Origin: a virus
Lineage: Duplodnaviria > Caudoviricetes
IMG/VR virus record: IMGVR_UViG_3300046779_001841
Location: 128,001-192,000 of that record
Length of the DNA: 64,000 nucleotides
Strand: one strand, 5' to 3'
In this document: positions 49,269-57,955 of the stretch, piece by piece
Position numbering within the stretch: position 1 is the stretch's first letter
How the letters are laid out: the number at the start of each line of letters is the position of its first letter
Notes under the pieces: generated by a model
What the model saw: the letters and a program-made list of their open reading frames with translations, nothing else
The model's database searches: none
What the model was told of the DNA's origin: nothing
Program-made: the position numbers and the translations under genes

Positions 49269-51098
49269 TTACATCAACATATTTAGAAAATCTTGTTCTG
49301 TAATCACTTTAATTCCAAGTGCATTTGCCTTATCTAGTTTAGATCCTGCTTTTTCACCAGCCACTAGATAATTTAAATTCTTGCTTACTGATGATGCTAC
49401 ATTCCCACCAAGTTCTAAAACCTTAGCTTCTGCATCATTTCTTTTCAATGTTGTCAATGTACCAGTGAATAAGAAAGACATACCTTTAAAGATACCAGTC
49501 TTTTCACTACCATTGTCTATCACAATGTATTGCAAGAGATCATTGATAAGACTTTCATTTGCTTTTAATCCATTCACAATATCTTGTGCAGTAACATTAC
49601 CAAAGCCATCAATCTTTTCAAGATCATCAGTCTTTAATGTTTTGATTACATCTAAAGTCTTGAATTGACTTGCTAAAACTTCACTGGCTTTTCTACCTAA
49701 GCTATCAATACCTAATCCAGATAAGAATTTATCTAAAGATAGTCTTGTGCTTTTAGTAATGCTAGATAACCAATTATCTGCTCTAGTTTCACCTACACTT
49801 TCAATCTTGAGTAAATCTTCTCTTTTAAGTCTGTATAGATCAGCAAAGCTATTCACTAAACCACTTTCAATTAATTTCTCAATCCATACATTACCTATAC
49901 CTTCAATTCCTACTCTTTCCATGTAATGAGAAACCTTTGTGGATAATGAACAATTTGCAGTGCAATAAAGAAAATCATCTCTTTGTTCTGTTACAGATGA
50001 ACAAAATGGACAATTTGATGGAATTTGAATTTCTTGATCACCTGCATTGATTACTTTTTCAAGATGTGGAATAACACCACCTCTTCTAATAGCTAAAACA
50101 TCTGCATTGAGTGTTAAACCTTTTGTCTTAATCATACCTGCATGATGAAGAGAAATCCTACCTACCATAGCACCACTCAATTTAACTGGTTGAACAATAG
50201 CTACTGGTGTTAAGATACCTGTTCTGCTTACTTGCCATTCAACATTTAAAAGTTTAGTAGTGCCAAATTCACCTTGAAATTTATATGCCATAGCACCTTT
50301 AGGATGGTGACTTGTATATCCAGCATTTTCATATTCTTGATTTGAATTTGCTCTAAAGACAACACCATCTAATTCATAATCTAAACTATCTTTGATATTG
50401 AGAATATGATCATATCCAGCTTGATGATTATCATCTTTATTGAGAATGAAAAATGGAGTAGTTTCAAATCCTAAAGTCTTTAATGTTTCTAGTCTATCAG
50501 AAAAAAGATTGAGATCACTACCTATCAAATCATAAGCAAGAAATTTGATACCTTGAACATTACCATCTTTTCTTTTTACCATACCAGCTACTGCATTTCT
50601 TGGATTGGCAAATACATCTTTTTGTGTTTCAAAAATAGACACTGGCATATACAATTCACCTCTTATTTCAAGAGATGTTGTGATAGCAATTTGTTTAGGT
50701 ACAATGTTGATGATATTTTGTGTTATATCTTCACCTTTAGAACCATCACCTCTTGTAGCACCTTGAACAAGAAGTCCATTCTCATATTTAATAGAACAAG
50801 CCATACCATCAATTTTAGGAGTATAGACAAGACTTGAGAAAGATTTAGACCACTTGATCAAATCTTCTTCATTATAGCATTTATCTAAACTTAACATAGG
50901 TTTAGAATGAGAAACTTCATTACCAAGTTCTGCAAAATTTTCACCTAATGATGAAAGCACTGGTGAATTTGGAGCAAGTGATCTTAATTGCTCTACAAGA
51001 GCATCAAATTCAATATCACTTATTTCTGGAGCATTTAAGTCCCAATAAAGTGCATTATGTTTGGCAACTAAATTTTCTAAATCTTGAACTGAATACAT
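49269..51098 (-). CDS. ligA: NAD-dependent DNA ligase
   Basis: PEISDIEFD, HSKPMLSLDK, PKIDG (adenylation Lys), TRGDG..GEDIT, ELDGVV, W.VSRTG.LTP, zinc finger CPFC...CTANC, HhH repeats, C-terminal BRCT (FLFTGTL...GG.V.SSVSK...YLVAGEKAGSKL). Confidence 0.97.
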   Translation of the reverse strand: MYSVQDLENLVAKHNALYWDLNAPEISDIEFDALVEQLRSLAPNSPVLSSLGENFAELGNEVSHSKPMLSLDKCYNEEDLIKWSKSFSSLVYTPKIDGMACSIKYENGLLVQGATRGDGSKGEDITQNIINIVPKQIAITTSLEIRGELYMPVSIFETQKDVFANPRNAVAGMVKRKDGNVQGIKFLAYDLIGSDLNLFSDRLETLKTLGFETTPFFILNKDDNHQAGYDHILNIKDSLDYELDGVVFRANSNQEYENAGYTSHHPKGAMAYKFQGEFGTTKLLNVEWQVSRTGILTPVAIVQPVKLSGAMVGRISLHHAGMIKTKGLTLNADVLAIRRGGVIPHLEKVINAGDQEIQIPSNCPFCSSVTEQRDDFLYCTANCSLSTKVSHYMERVGIEGIGNVWIEKLIESGLVNSFADLYRLKREDLLKIESVGETRADNWLSSITKSTRLSLDKFLSGLGIDSLGRKASEVLASQFKTLDVIKTLKTDDLEKIDGFGNVTAQDIVNGLKANESLINDLLQYIVIDNGSEKTGIFKGMSFLFTGTLTTLKRNDAEAKVLELGGNVASSVSKNLNYLVAGEKAGSKLDKANALGIKVITEQDFLNMLM

Positions 51099-51122
51099 AG
51101 GTTTTTCCTTTTTGTTTTGTTT

Positions 51123-51171
51123 ATCGTTATCGACATATCTATAACACTTGACGAATTGCTATCTTTGCAAC
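51123..51171 (-). promoter_or_regulatory. Conserved promoter/stem-loop element, copy 7
   Basis: GTTGCAAAGATAGCAATTCGTCAAGTGTTATAGATATGTCGATAACGAT. Confidence 0.85.
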
Positions 51172-51186
51172 AGACTGCAAATTTTT

Positions 51187-51555
51187 TTAGAATGATCTAT
51201 TATTATTATCAAAATCATTCTTGTTTCTTTTTAACCATAATGCAAATGTTGAGAGTTGATCATCTTTATTAAAATTAGGATTTCTCAAATCTCTTGCTAG
51301 AACATTATGAACTACATTTAGATTTGAAGATATTCTATAATCTCTTGCATATTTAAGAACTAAATATTCCCATTTTTTGCTATTACCATCAGTGAATAAC
51401 AATGCACATATATGTTTACAAGGAATACCTTCTTTCATTGCATTTTGCCATCCACTACAATCACAAGAAAAATTTTCTTGACCATTTTCAAAGACTGTTT
51501 TTGTGCAAGTTTGATTATCAACATGAGCAGTAAATTTTTGCTTTGTCATTTTCAT
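51187..51555 (-). CDS. SWIM zinc-finger protein
   Basis: FSCDCSGW......PCKHICALL (CxC...CxH). Confidence 0.8.
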   Translation of the reverse strand: MKMTKQKFTAHVDNQTCTKTVFENGQENFSCDCSGWQNAMKEGIPCKHICALLFTDGNSKKWEYLVLKYARDYRISSNLNVVHNVLARDLRNPNFNKDDQLSTFALWLKRNKNDFDNNNRSF

Positions 51556-51592
51556 TTTCCTTTGTTTTTTGGTTTATCATCAATCACATATA

Positions 51593-51624
51593 TATAACAC
51601 TTGTGACTTAGCTACCTTTGCAAC
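51593..51624 (-). promoter_or_regulatory. Conserved promoter-like element, copy 8 (no hairpin)
   Basis: GTTGCAAAGGTAGCTAAGTCACAAGTGTTATA; differs from copy 1 at one base. Confidence 0.8.
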
Positions 51625-51726
51625 ATAGGATAAAAAATGTTAAAATTTATTTTACTTGGATTTGTTCTCTACTTCATTAATGCAGAAGCCTTATACATAT
51701 ATATAGTGTGTATGCTAGGTGGATAT

Positions 51727-52881
51727 TTAAAACATTTGAGCAATAGCTTTAGCTAATGGTGGTGGAACTGCATTTCCTATTTGTCTATACATAGAATTTA
51801 AAGATCCTGTAAAAATAAAGTCGATTGGGAAACCTTGTAGTATTGCACACTCTCTTACAGATAATCGTCTTTGTTTATTTGGATGGATTTCTGGAATTGA
51901 TGCAGTAATTGTATCACTTGGTGTTTCCCAATTACACACTCTTAACATTTGATCAAATGTTATTTTTCTTTCTTCAAATGTTAGCATTACTTTATCATAA
52001 GTATCATCTAAATTTAATATTTGTTTTAAAGCTAACCAATCTTCTCTATTTGGCAAACTACCATAATCATCTTTTCTAAACCAATGTTCTGCAGTATGTG
52101 TATATCCTAAAATCTCATTTATTTTTTTCATACTCTTAGTTTTATATTTATCTAAATATACTGCGATCTCTTTTTGACAAACATCATATTTTCTTTTCAT
52201 AAAAGTATCTTCAACATTCGTACTCGCAACATGATTATATATCATTTGACCATTATGTTCAAATGGCAAATCTCTTGTTCTTACACCAGCTAAAAATCCT
52301 ATCGCTTCTTTTGTTGTGATATGAAGTTGTTGTGAAAATAAAGAATATTCAGATTGATGTGTTGGTATAGGAAAAGAAACAGGTTTATTTATATTATTGC
52401 CAATAATGATAACTCTTTCTCTATTTTGTGGTACACCATAATCACTGGCTTTTACTAATTTGTAATTTACATTATATCCAATATCTTTAAAATCTTTAAG
52501 AATGTTTTCAAAGATTTTACCACCACTTAAAGACAAAATACCTTTAACATTTTCTGCCACAAAATATTTAGGTTGCTTATCTTTTATTATTCTAAGCATT
52601 TCTTTATACAAGAAATTTCTTTTATCCATTTCATTTCTATTTGCATTAGATATACTGAAACCTTGACAAGGAAAACCACCCACTACTATATCTATATCAT
52701 TTGGCAAATCTTCCGATTTAACTTGTTGTATATCTTGAAGAAGAGTATGTTTGCCAATATTCAATTCATAAGTGTTTAGTGCATCTTTGTAGAAATCCAA
52801 AGCTAAAACAATTTCATGTCCTGCTTGAATGAAACCTAAATCAAAACCACCACATCCAGAAAATAAACTCAAAACTTTCAT
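51727..52881 (-). CDS. dcm: DNA (cytosine-5)-methyltransferase, orphan
   Basis: Motif I LFSGCGG, IV GGFPCQGFS, VI ENV, VIII QNRERV, IX RRLSVRECAILQGFP, X YRQIGNAVPP. Confidence 0.95.
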   Translation of the reverse strand: MKVLSLFSGCGGFDLGFIQAGHEIVLALDFYKDALNTYELNIGKHTLLQDIQQVKSEDLPNDIDIVVGGFPCQGFSISNANRNEMDKRNFLYKEMLRIIKDKQPKYFVAENVKGILSLSGGKIFENILKDFKDIGYNVNYKLVKASDYGVPQNRERVIIIGNNINKPVSFPIPTHQSEYSLFSQQLHITTKEAIGFLAGVRTRDLPFEHNGQMIYNHVASTNVEDTFMKRKYDVCQKEIAVYLDKYKTKSMKKINEILGYTHTAEHWFRKDDYGSLPNREDWLALKQILNLDDTYDKVMLTFEERKITFDQMLRVCNWETPSDTITASIPEIHPNKQRRLSVRECAILQGFPIDFIFTGSLNSMYRQIGNAVPPPLAKAIAQMF

Positions 52882-53718
52882 TTATAGTGCAGACCATTTT
52901 TCTTCATTGTTAGGTGCATTATCTACTATTGTTGGATATGCACTTTGTTGTGTGGAAATTCTAGGATTATTGAAATCTCTACTCATACTAGAATCTAAGT
53001 TTGGATATATTATATTATCTATGTTATTTACAATAAAACTTAAATGATGACTTTCTGAATATGATTCACTATCAAATAAAAGACTTGGTACAACTCCTCC
53101 GACTGCACCTAATAATATCTCATCTCTCTCTTTCACTAATTGTTCTCTTAGATCGCAAAGTTTTATTATTCTTGCTTCAAGATCGTTTCTCAATTCTTTG
53201 ATTTCTTGTGGCAACCATCTCTTTGCAGATTCTATCGCATCACTAATCTCTTTACCAAAATCATAGATATTCAAATTCTTTCCAAATTTTCTTGGTGGAA
53301 ATTTCCATAATGGCAACCAACCACCAGTGCTTAAAACTCCTGTTTGTGGATTCTTATCTGGTAGTGGTGCAATCACACCAGTGTATGGTTGTGTTTCAAT
53401 GATTTGTTCTTCTGCATAGTAATATGAATCAGGTTTTAAGAACATAGATATATCAAAAGGATTGCCACCTTGTACAACATAAGCAATAATAAGTTTATGC
53501 AAACTCGAACCTTTATTGACTTCAAATCCTAATCTCTTTTCAGTCATTTTACTTGTAGCAGTATCTTGTTGAAAAGTTATCCGAACATATCCAATTTGTG
53601 AAAGTTCATTGTTAATCACTTTTAATCGTGCTTCTACATTTCTTCTTTGATTTAAAGCAAAGTTTCTAAATTCATACCATGAACCTTCTCTAAAATATAC
53701 ACACCATGCGAATGACAT
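52882..53718 (-). CDS. Hypothetical (probably virion-associated) protein
   Basis: 278 aa, coupled to its neighbours. Confidence 0.6.
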   Translation of the reverse strand: MSFAWCVYFREGSWYEFRNFALNQRRNVEARLKVINNELSQIGYVRITFQQDTATSKMTEKRLGFEVNKGSSLHKLIIAYVVQGGNPFDISMFLKPDSYYYAEEQIIETQPYTGVIAPLPDKNPQTGVLSTGGWLPLWKFPPRKFGKNLNIYDFGKEISDAIESAKRWLPQEIKELRNDLEARIIKLCDLREQLVKERDEILLGAVGGVVPSLLFDSESYSESHHLSFIVNNIDNIIYPNLDSSMSRDFNNPRISTQQSAYPTIVDNAPNNEEKWSAL

Positions 53719-53720
53719 TT

Positions 53721-56201
53721 TTATCCTCCAAAGATTGCAGAGAAAAGATCAATAATGATTTGTGGTGGTCCAGGTATCACTACACATTGACCCATACCTA
53801 AAGATGGTGCTTCTGGCTTTTTAGTTGAAGATAGAAAATCAGACAATACACCATCTGTACCTTGTGAAGTAACAAATAACATTCCAACAGTCGCACCTAA
53901 ATCCAAAGTGAAATTTAAGATCGCATCAATAAATGCTTTTAGTTTCGCAATTATTCTCTGGATCTCTTGGATTCTCTTTTGAAGAACTTCTATGAAATCT
54001 TTAATTGCTCTTATTAAACCTTCTAAACCTAATGTTAAGTTTTCTACAAAAGCAACAATTTCATTTAGGTATGCAGTGAAATCTGGAAAACCATCTATAA
54101 AGAATTTTACATTATACCAAGCACCTGTTTCATTTAAGACTTTCTGTGGTAATGCACTTAACATTCTTCTTGCATTTGTTATCATGTCTTGATTTACAAG
54201 ATCATACATAATAGACAATTTAGAAATCGTCTTGACCTGTTCTTTATCTGATACTCCAAGTTTCTTTTCTGTATATGCAGTTGGAAATACAGGTTCTATT
54301 CTTCTTTCAAGACCTGATGTTAAATATAAAAGTGTATTTCCTGCAGTTCTTGATCGTGATACTTTATTTGCACTTATTGCAAGATCAAAAGATGAATCGC
54401 CAAAACTACCAAAATTATTTACATTCGCATGAACACCATACATACTATCTTCATTTAAGAAATCATAAAAACTTTTCTTTTCAATATTACCATCCACTAC
54501 CACTTCTATTCTTTTTTGACTAAGATATTCAATCGTGTCTTTTAAAGCATCTAATTGTGACAAGGTAGGAAAAGGTATACGATTTATAATATTCTGAATG
54601 ACTGCTAAAACATCACTTCTAAAATCACTCGCATCTTGATCAAATTTAACTAAACTTGTTGCGGATGCTGAACGATTTGCATAAGCCATAAGATTAAATC
54701 TTACTTGTGATGGCAAATTGAAAAAGTAAAACTTATCAGAACCATATAGAAAGGGTTTGGCAAATTCTGCACTTGAAACACCAGGTTGTTGACCATTTAG
54801 ATAATTCTTTTCGTTTAGATAATCGCCTAATATAAAAATTGCTAATGCTTCTTTTAAAGCATTGATATAATCCACTCGATCATATTTAGGCATCTTTATA
54901 CCAGATCGTGATGGTGTTATAGATACTGTATCTGTTGTTAAACCAAAAGACACTACACTATTCCATGTATATAAACTTTTATTCTCTACTACATCACCAT
55001 CAGATAAACCTAAATCTTTACTTAAAGATAAGACTTCTATATATAAATCTTCTGCATCACTTTCTGTTACTTTATCTAAGATAGTGATACCATTTGTGGT
55101 ATCACCATCCACTTCGTAAGGCTGACTAGAATATGTGATCTTTTTTGGTAGTTGATCTAATGGTATTGTCAAGCTATATGAATTACCTGTTAAGAAAGCA
55201 CCTAGTGCAAATGGATTATAATAAAATGTTTTATTTGTTTTTTCTACAAGTGCTTGTGTTAAGACTACTTTGTCATCTTTAAAAAAGTATTGATAGTTTG
55301 ATGGATTGCCTTCAAGAATGATTGCATCCATATTATCTGCATAAGGCAATACTCTATTACTTTGAATGAGATTTGGACTGCCATACAATGTAAAAGATTT
55401 ATTATTTACAGATACTGATTTATATAAAGTACTCGCTATTTCTCTGGCAAGTTCAATATTGGTAGATGTTTGTGCAGATTTAGTTCTTCTTAATAAACCT
55501 ACTTGCACTGGCATTGTTGTTATGTTTATTAAGAAAGCATCGGGTGGTACAACAAAAGAAGGAAAGAAACTATCTTGACTATTTGCAGGTGGTGATAATT
55601 CCCAAGTGATTTTTAAACCTTCAGGTGCTTTCATTTTTGAATTATTAAAAGGTATTCCAAACTTAGTAACAAGAGTAGCATTTACACCAGAAGGCACTGG
55701 CAATCCAGTGTCTTGTAAAATACCAGTGAATAACTTTCTTAATTGTATAAATGCACGGATTACTGCGAAGATACCTTCTGTGTTTGCACCTGCAAATTGA
55801 AATATAGCAAGAACTGCACTATCTTTACTAATAACAGGTCGTGTTGTATCTGCAGGGTTTGTAAATTTATTTACCATTCTTTGTTCAAATGCAGAATACC
55901 CACCTGCAAATACTTTATAACCATCATCAAAAACTTTAGGTATCAAATCAAGATCTGTAGTTAGATAGATACCTAAATTTTGAAAATCGGAAATAAGATT
56001 TTTAATGAGTGCAATAAGTTCTTTTAAAAGTAAAAGCAATGGATTACTAAAATCAATAAGAAATGCTTTAACAAATTCCAGAACATTGTTTAAAAAAGTT
56101 AAGAAGATATTAAGAGTAGCAAAGATGTTATCTACTATAGGTCTTACATTTTCAAAAATGTCTGGAATTTTAGGTGTTTTGACAACTGACCATTCTGCCA
56201 T
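53721..56201 (-). CDS. Large hypothetical protein with helical termini (probably virion-associated)
   Basis: 826 aa; amphipathic heptad N- and C-terminal segments with a beta-rich middle. Confidence 0.6.
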   Translation of the reverse strand: MAEWSVVKTPKIPDIFENVRPIVDNIFATLNIFLTFLNNVLEFVKAFLIDFSNPLLLLLKELIALIKNLISDFQNLGIYLTTDLDLIPKVFDDGYKVFAGGYSAFEQRMVNKFTNPADTTRPVISKDSAVLAIFQFAGANTEGIFAVIRAFIQLRKLFTGILQDTGLPVPSGVNATLVTKFGIPFNNSKMKAPEGLKITWELSPPANSQDSFFPSFVVPPDAFLINITTMPVQVGLLRRTKSAQTSTNIELAREIASTLYKSVSVNNKSFTLYGSPNLIQSNRVLPYADNMDAIILEGNPSNYQYFFKDDKVVLTQALVEKTNKTFYYNPFALGAFLTGNSYSLTIPLDQLPKKITYSSQPYEVDGDTTNGITILDKVTESDAEDLYIEVLSLSKDLGLSDGDVVENKSLYTWNSVVSFGLTTDTVSITPSRSGIKMPKYDRVDYINALKEALAIFILGDYLNEKNYLNGQQPGVSSAEFAKPFLYGSDKFYFFNLPSQVRFNLMAYANRSASATSLVKFDQDASDFRSDVLAVIQNIINRIPFPTLSQLDALKDTIEYLSQKRIEVVVDGNIEKKSFYDFLNEDSMYGVHANVNNFGSFGDSSFDLAISANKVSRSRTAGNTLLYLTSGLERRIEPVFPTAYTEKKLGVSDKEQVKTISKLSIMYDLVNQDMITNARRMLSALPQKVLNETGAWYNVKFFIDGFPDFTAYLNEIVAFVENLTLGLEGLIRAIKDFIEVLQKRIQEIQRIIAKLKAFIDAILNFTLDLGATVGMLFVTSQGTDGVLSDFLSSTKKPEAPSLGMGQCVVIPGPPQIIIDLFSAIFGG

Positions 56202-56387
56202 TTATTTTTTCTCTCTTTGATTTCTTTTTTGTGCTTCTAATCTTTCCAATTCCATTTGTGCTTTACTCAATTCTATTAAGTCTTTATCAAGCATCGATTG
56301 AAACATTTGCTTCAAGTTTTCTAATTGGTCTGTAAAAGATTTAACTTTTTCTTGATCTGGATTGATCTTGTTTTTCCATTCTGCCAT
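56202..56387 (-). CDS. Small coiled-coil hypothetical protein
   Basis: 61 aa, TAA-ATG coupled to the next gene. Confidence 0.65.
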   Translation of the reverse strand: MAEWKNKINPDQEKVKSFTDQLENLKQMFQSMLDKDLIELSKAQMELERLEAQKRNQREKK

Positions 56388-56440
56388 ATTGCACCATACT
56401 TTTTTAAAAGAAGAAAAAATTATAAATAATATACAATCTA

Positions 56441-56490
56441 TTGCAAAGATTGCTCAATAACAAGTGTTATAAGTATGTCAATAATGACAT
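56441..56490 (+). promoter_or_regulatory. Conserved promoter/stem-loop element, copy 9 (+ strand)
   Basis: TTGCAAAGATTGCTCAATAACAAGTGTTATAAGTATGTCAATAATGACAT. Confidence 0.85.
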
Positions 56491-56509
56491 ACTCAAAAAG
56501 GAACTCAAA

Positions 56510-57118
56510 ATGAGATCAATTCTACTTTTTCTTTTTCTCTTCTCTTTCTCTAACACTGCTTTTGCTCAAAATAAAATCCAGTCAATAGATATTCTATATA
56601 CTATGATGGAAATGCTTGATGAAGAAAATGCAAATGTTGGGAATGATGAAATATGTAGATTAAGTCAATTATCAAATACCATTTATGAGTATAGTGTAGA
56701 AAACAAATATTTTACACAAGAACAAAGTGTAGAACATTTACTGGCATTAGCTTGGAATGAAACAAGATTTAGTTTTGAAACAGATCATATCACTTCAAAT
56801 TATTATGGTCATGCTTGTGGTTACTATCAACAAACAGATGCTTTCTCTATCAATAAATATGATTGTAGAGAATTGCTTTATCCAAACAATGCAACACAAG
56901 AAGCACTTGATCAAATGCAATCTATTAAAGAAAGATGGAATGGTAAATTAGATCAAACCATTTGTCATTATTTTAGTGGTAATAGATGTGGAGATAAAGC
57001 TAGTCAAAAATATGCCAGTAATCATAAAAATGCAAGACTTAAAGCTAAAGAATATTTAAAGAAATCTAAAAACCAAGACCACTCAAATGTTAAAAAAGTG
57101 ATTGCTACTTGTCTTTAA
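56510..57118 (+). CDS. Signal-peptide-bearing lytic transglycosylase (SLT-like)
   Basis: Start reassigned to ATG 56510. MRSILLFLFLFSFSNTAFA signal (AFA site); LALAWNETRF (catalytic Glu), ACGYYQ, CHYFSGNRC...KYA. Confidence 0.7.
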   Translation: MRSILLFLFLFSFSNTAFAQNKIQSIDILYTMMEMLDEENANVGNDEICRLSQLSNTIYEYSVENKYFTQEQSVEHLLALAWNETRFSFETDHITSNYYGHACGYYQQTDAFSINKYDCRELLYPNNATQEALDQMQSIKERWNGKLDQTICHYFSGNRCGDKASQKYASNHKNARLKAKEYLKKSKNQDHSNVKKVIATCL

Positions 57119-57131
57119 GGAGTATAAATAA

Positions 57132-57752
57132 ATGAAACATACTGTAATAGACATTCTTTTTACAATTCTAGGTTTCCTAACTGACCTTGAACTTGGTGGT
57201 AGTTCAAGAATGGAGTATATTGAAAAGAAATATGATATTTGTGTATTACATAAATTTGCAAATATTCTTCAATCTACATCACATTTAGAAGGCAAGGGCG
57301 ATGAAGATATTGAAAATTTATTATCTGTTCTCTCTAATAAAGATATAGAACATTTATACAAGTATCCCAAATATCCAACATTAGGTTGTGGTGTATTTGG
57401 GACATCACCTAAACTTTCTTTAATGAAGTTAAGTTGCGATCAATTACAAGACACTATCTTTGCAACAAGAGAAGCATTAGTGAGATTTAGTCTTATTAAA
57501 AAAAAATTCTTTGAAAAGAATTTTTATGATAATAAAGGAAATATAAACGAAGATAAACAAGTTGAACTATCTGTAATTTGGATGATGGGAAGTGGCTGTA
57601 AGAAATCAAGTAAATCTTGTGATAGAGAAAGAAGATATATTAAGAAAAAAATAAGATATATAAAATCTGTATCTCATTCAAAGATTTCATCATCACAGGA
57701 ATATAAAAAAATTCATGATTGGATAAAAAACAAAATATCAAAATGTCTTTAA
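57132..57752 (+). CDS. Hypothetical basic protein
   Basis: 206 aa with AAGGAG SD. Confidence 0.7.
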   Translation: MKHTVIDILFTILGFLTDLELGGSSRMEYIEKKYDICVLHKFANILQSTSHLEGKGDEDIENLLSVLSNKDIEHLYKYPKYPTLGCGVFGTSPKLSLMKLSCDQLQDTIFATREALVRFSLIKKKFFEKNFYDNKGNINEDKQVELSVIWMMGSGCKKSSKSCDRERRYIKKKIRYIKSVSHSKISSSQEYKKIHDWIKNKISKCL

Positions 57753-57787
57753 TATAAGAAGAAAGAAAAACAAAGGAGTATAAATAA

Positions 57788-57955
57788 ATGAATTGCACTA
57801 TCTGTGGTAGGAAATTTCAAGAACTACCAAATGCTATTAAATGGTCTGAAAGAGATGGTGGTGCTTGTGAACCTTGTGTTCATAGACTTAGAAAAACATT
57901 TGGTAAATACCATGAACAATTTATTCCACATAAACCAAAGAAAGATCGAAAATGA
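57788..57955 (+). CDS. 55-aa C4 zinc-finger protein (below the ORF-track cutoff)
   Basis: Hand translation MNCTICGRKFQELPNAIKWSERDGGACEPCVHRLRKTFGKYHEQFIPHKPKKDRK*; AAGGAG SD; ATGA overlap with the primase. Confidence 0.75.
   Translation: MNCTICGRKFQELPNAIKWSERDGGACEPCVHRLRKTFGKYHEQFIPHKPKKDRK

Noticed and set aside
3726-56490. Element as a sigma54 promoter (TTGC = -12) or sigma28 promoter (GTCGATAA resembles GCCGATAA)
   Set aside because: No GG/TGGCAC at -24 upstream of TTGC, no TAAA at the sigma28 spacing, and GTCGATAA is absent in copies 1, 4, 8 and 9.
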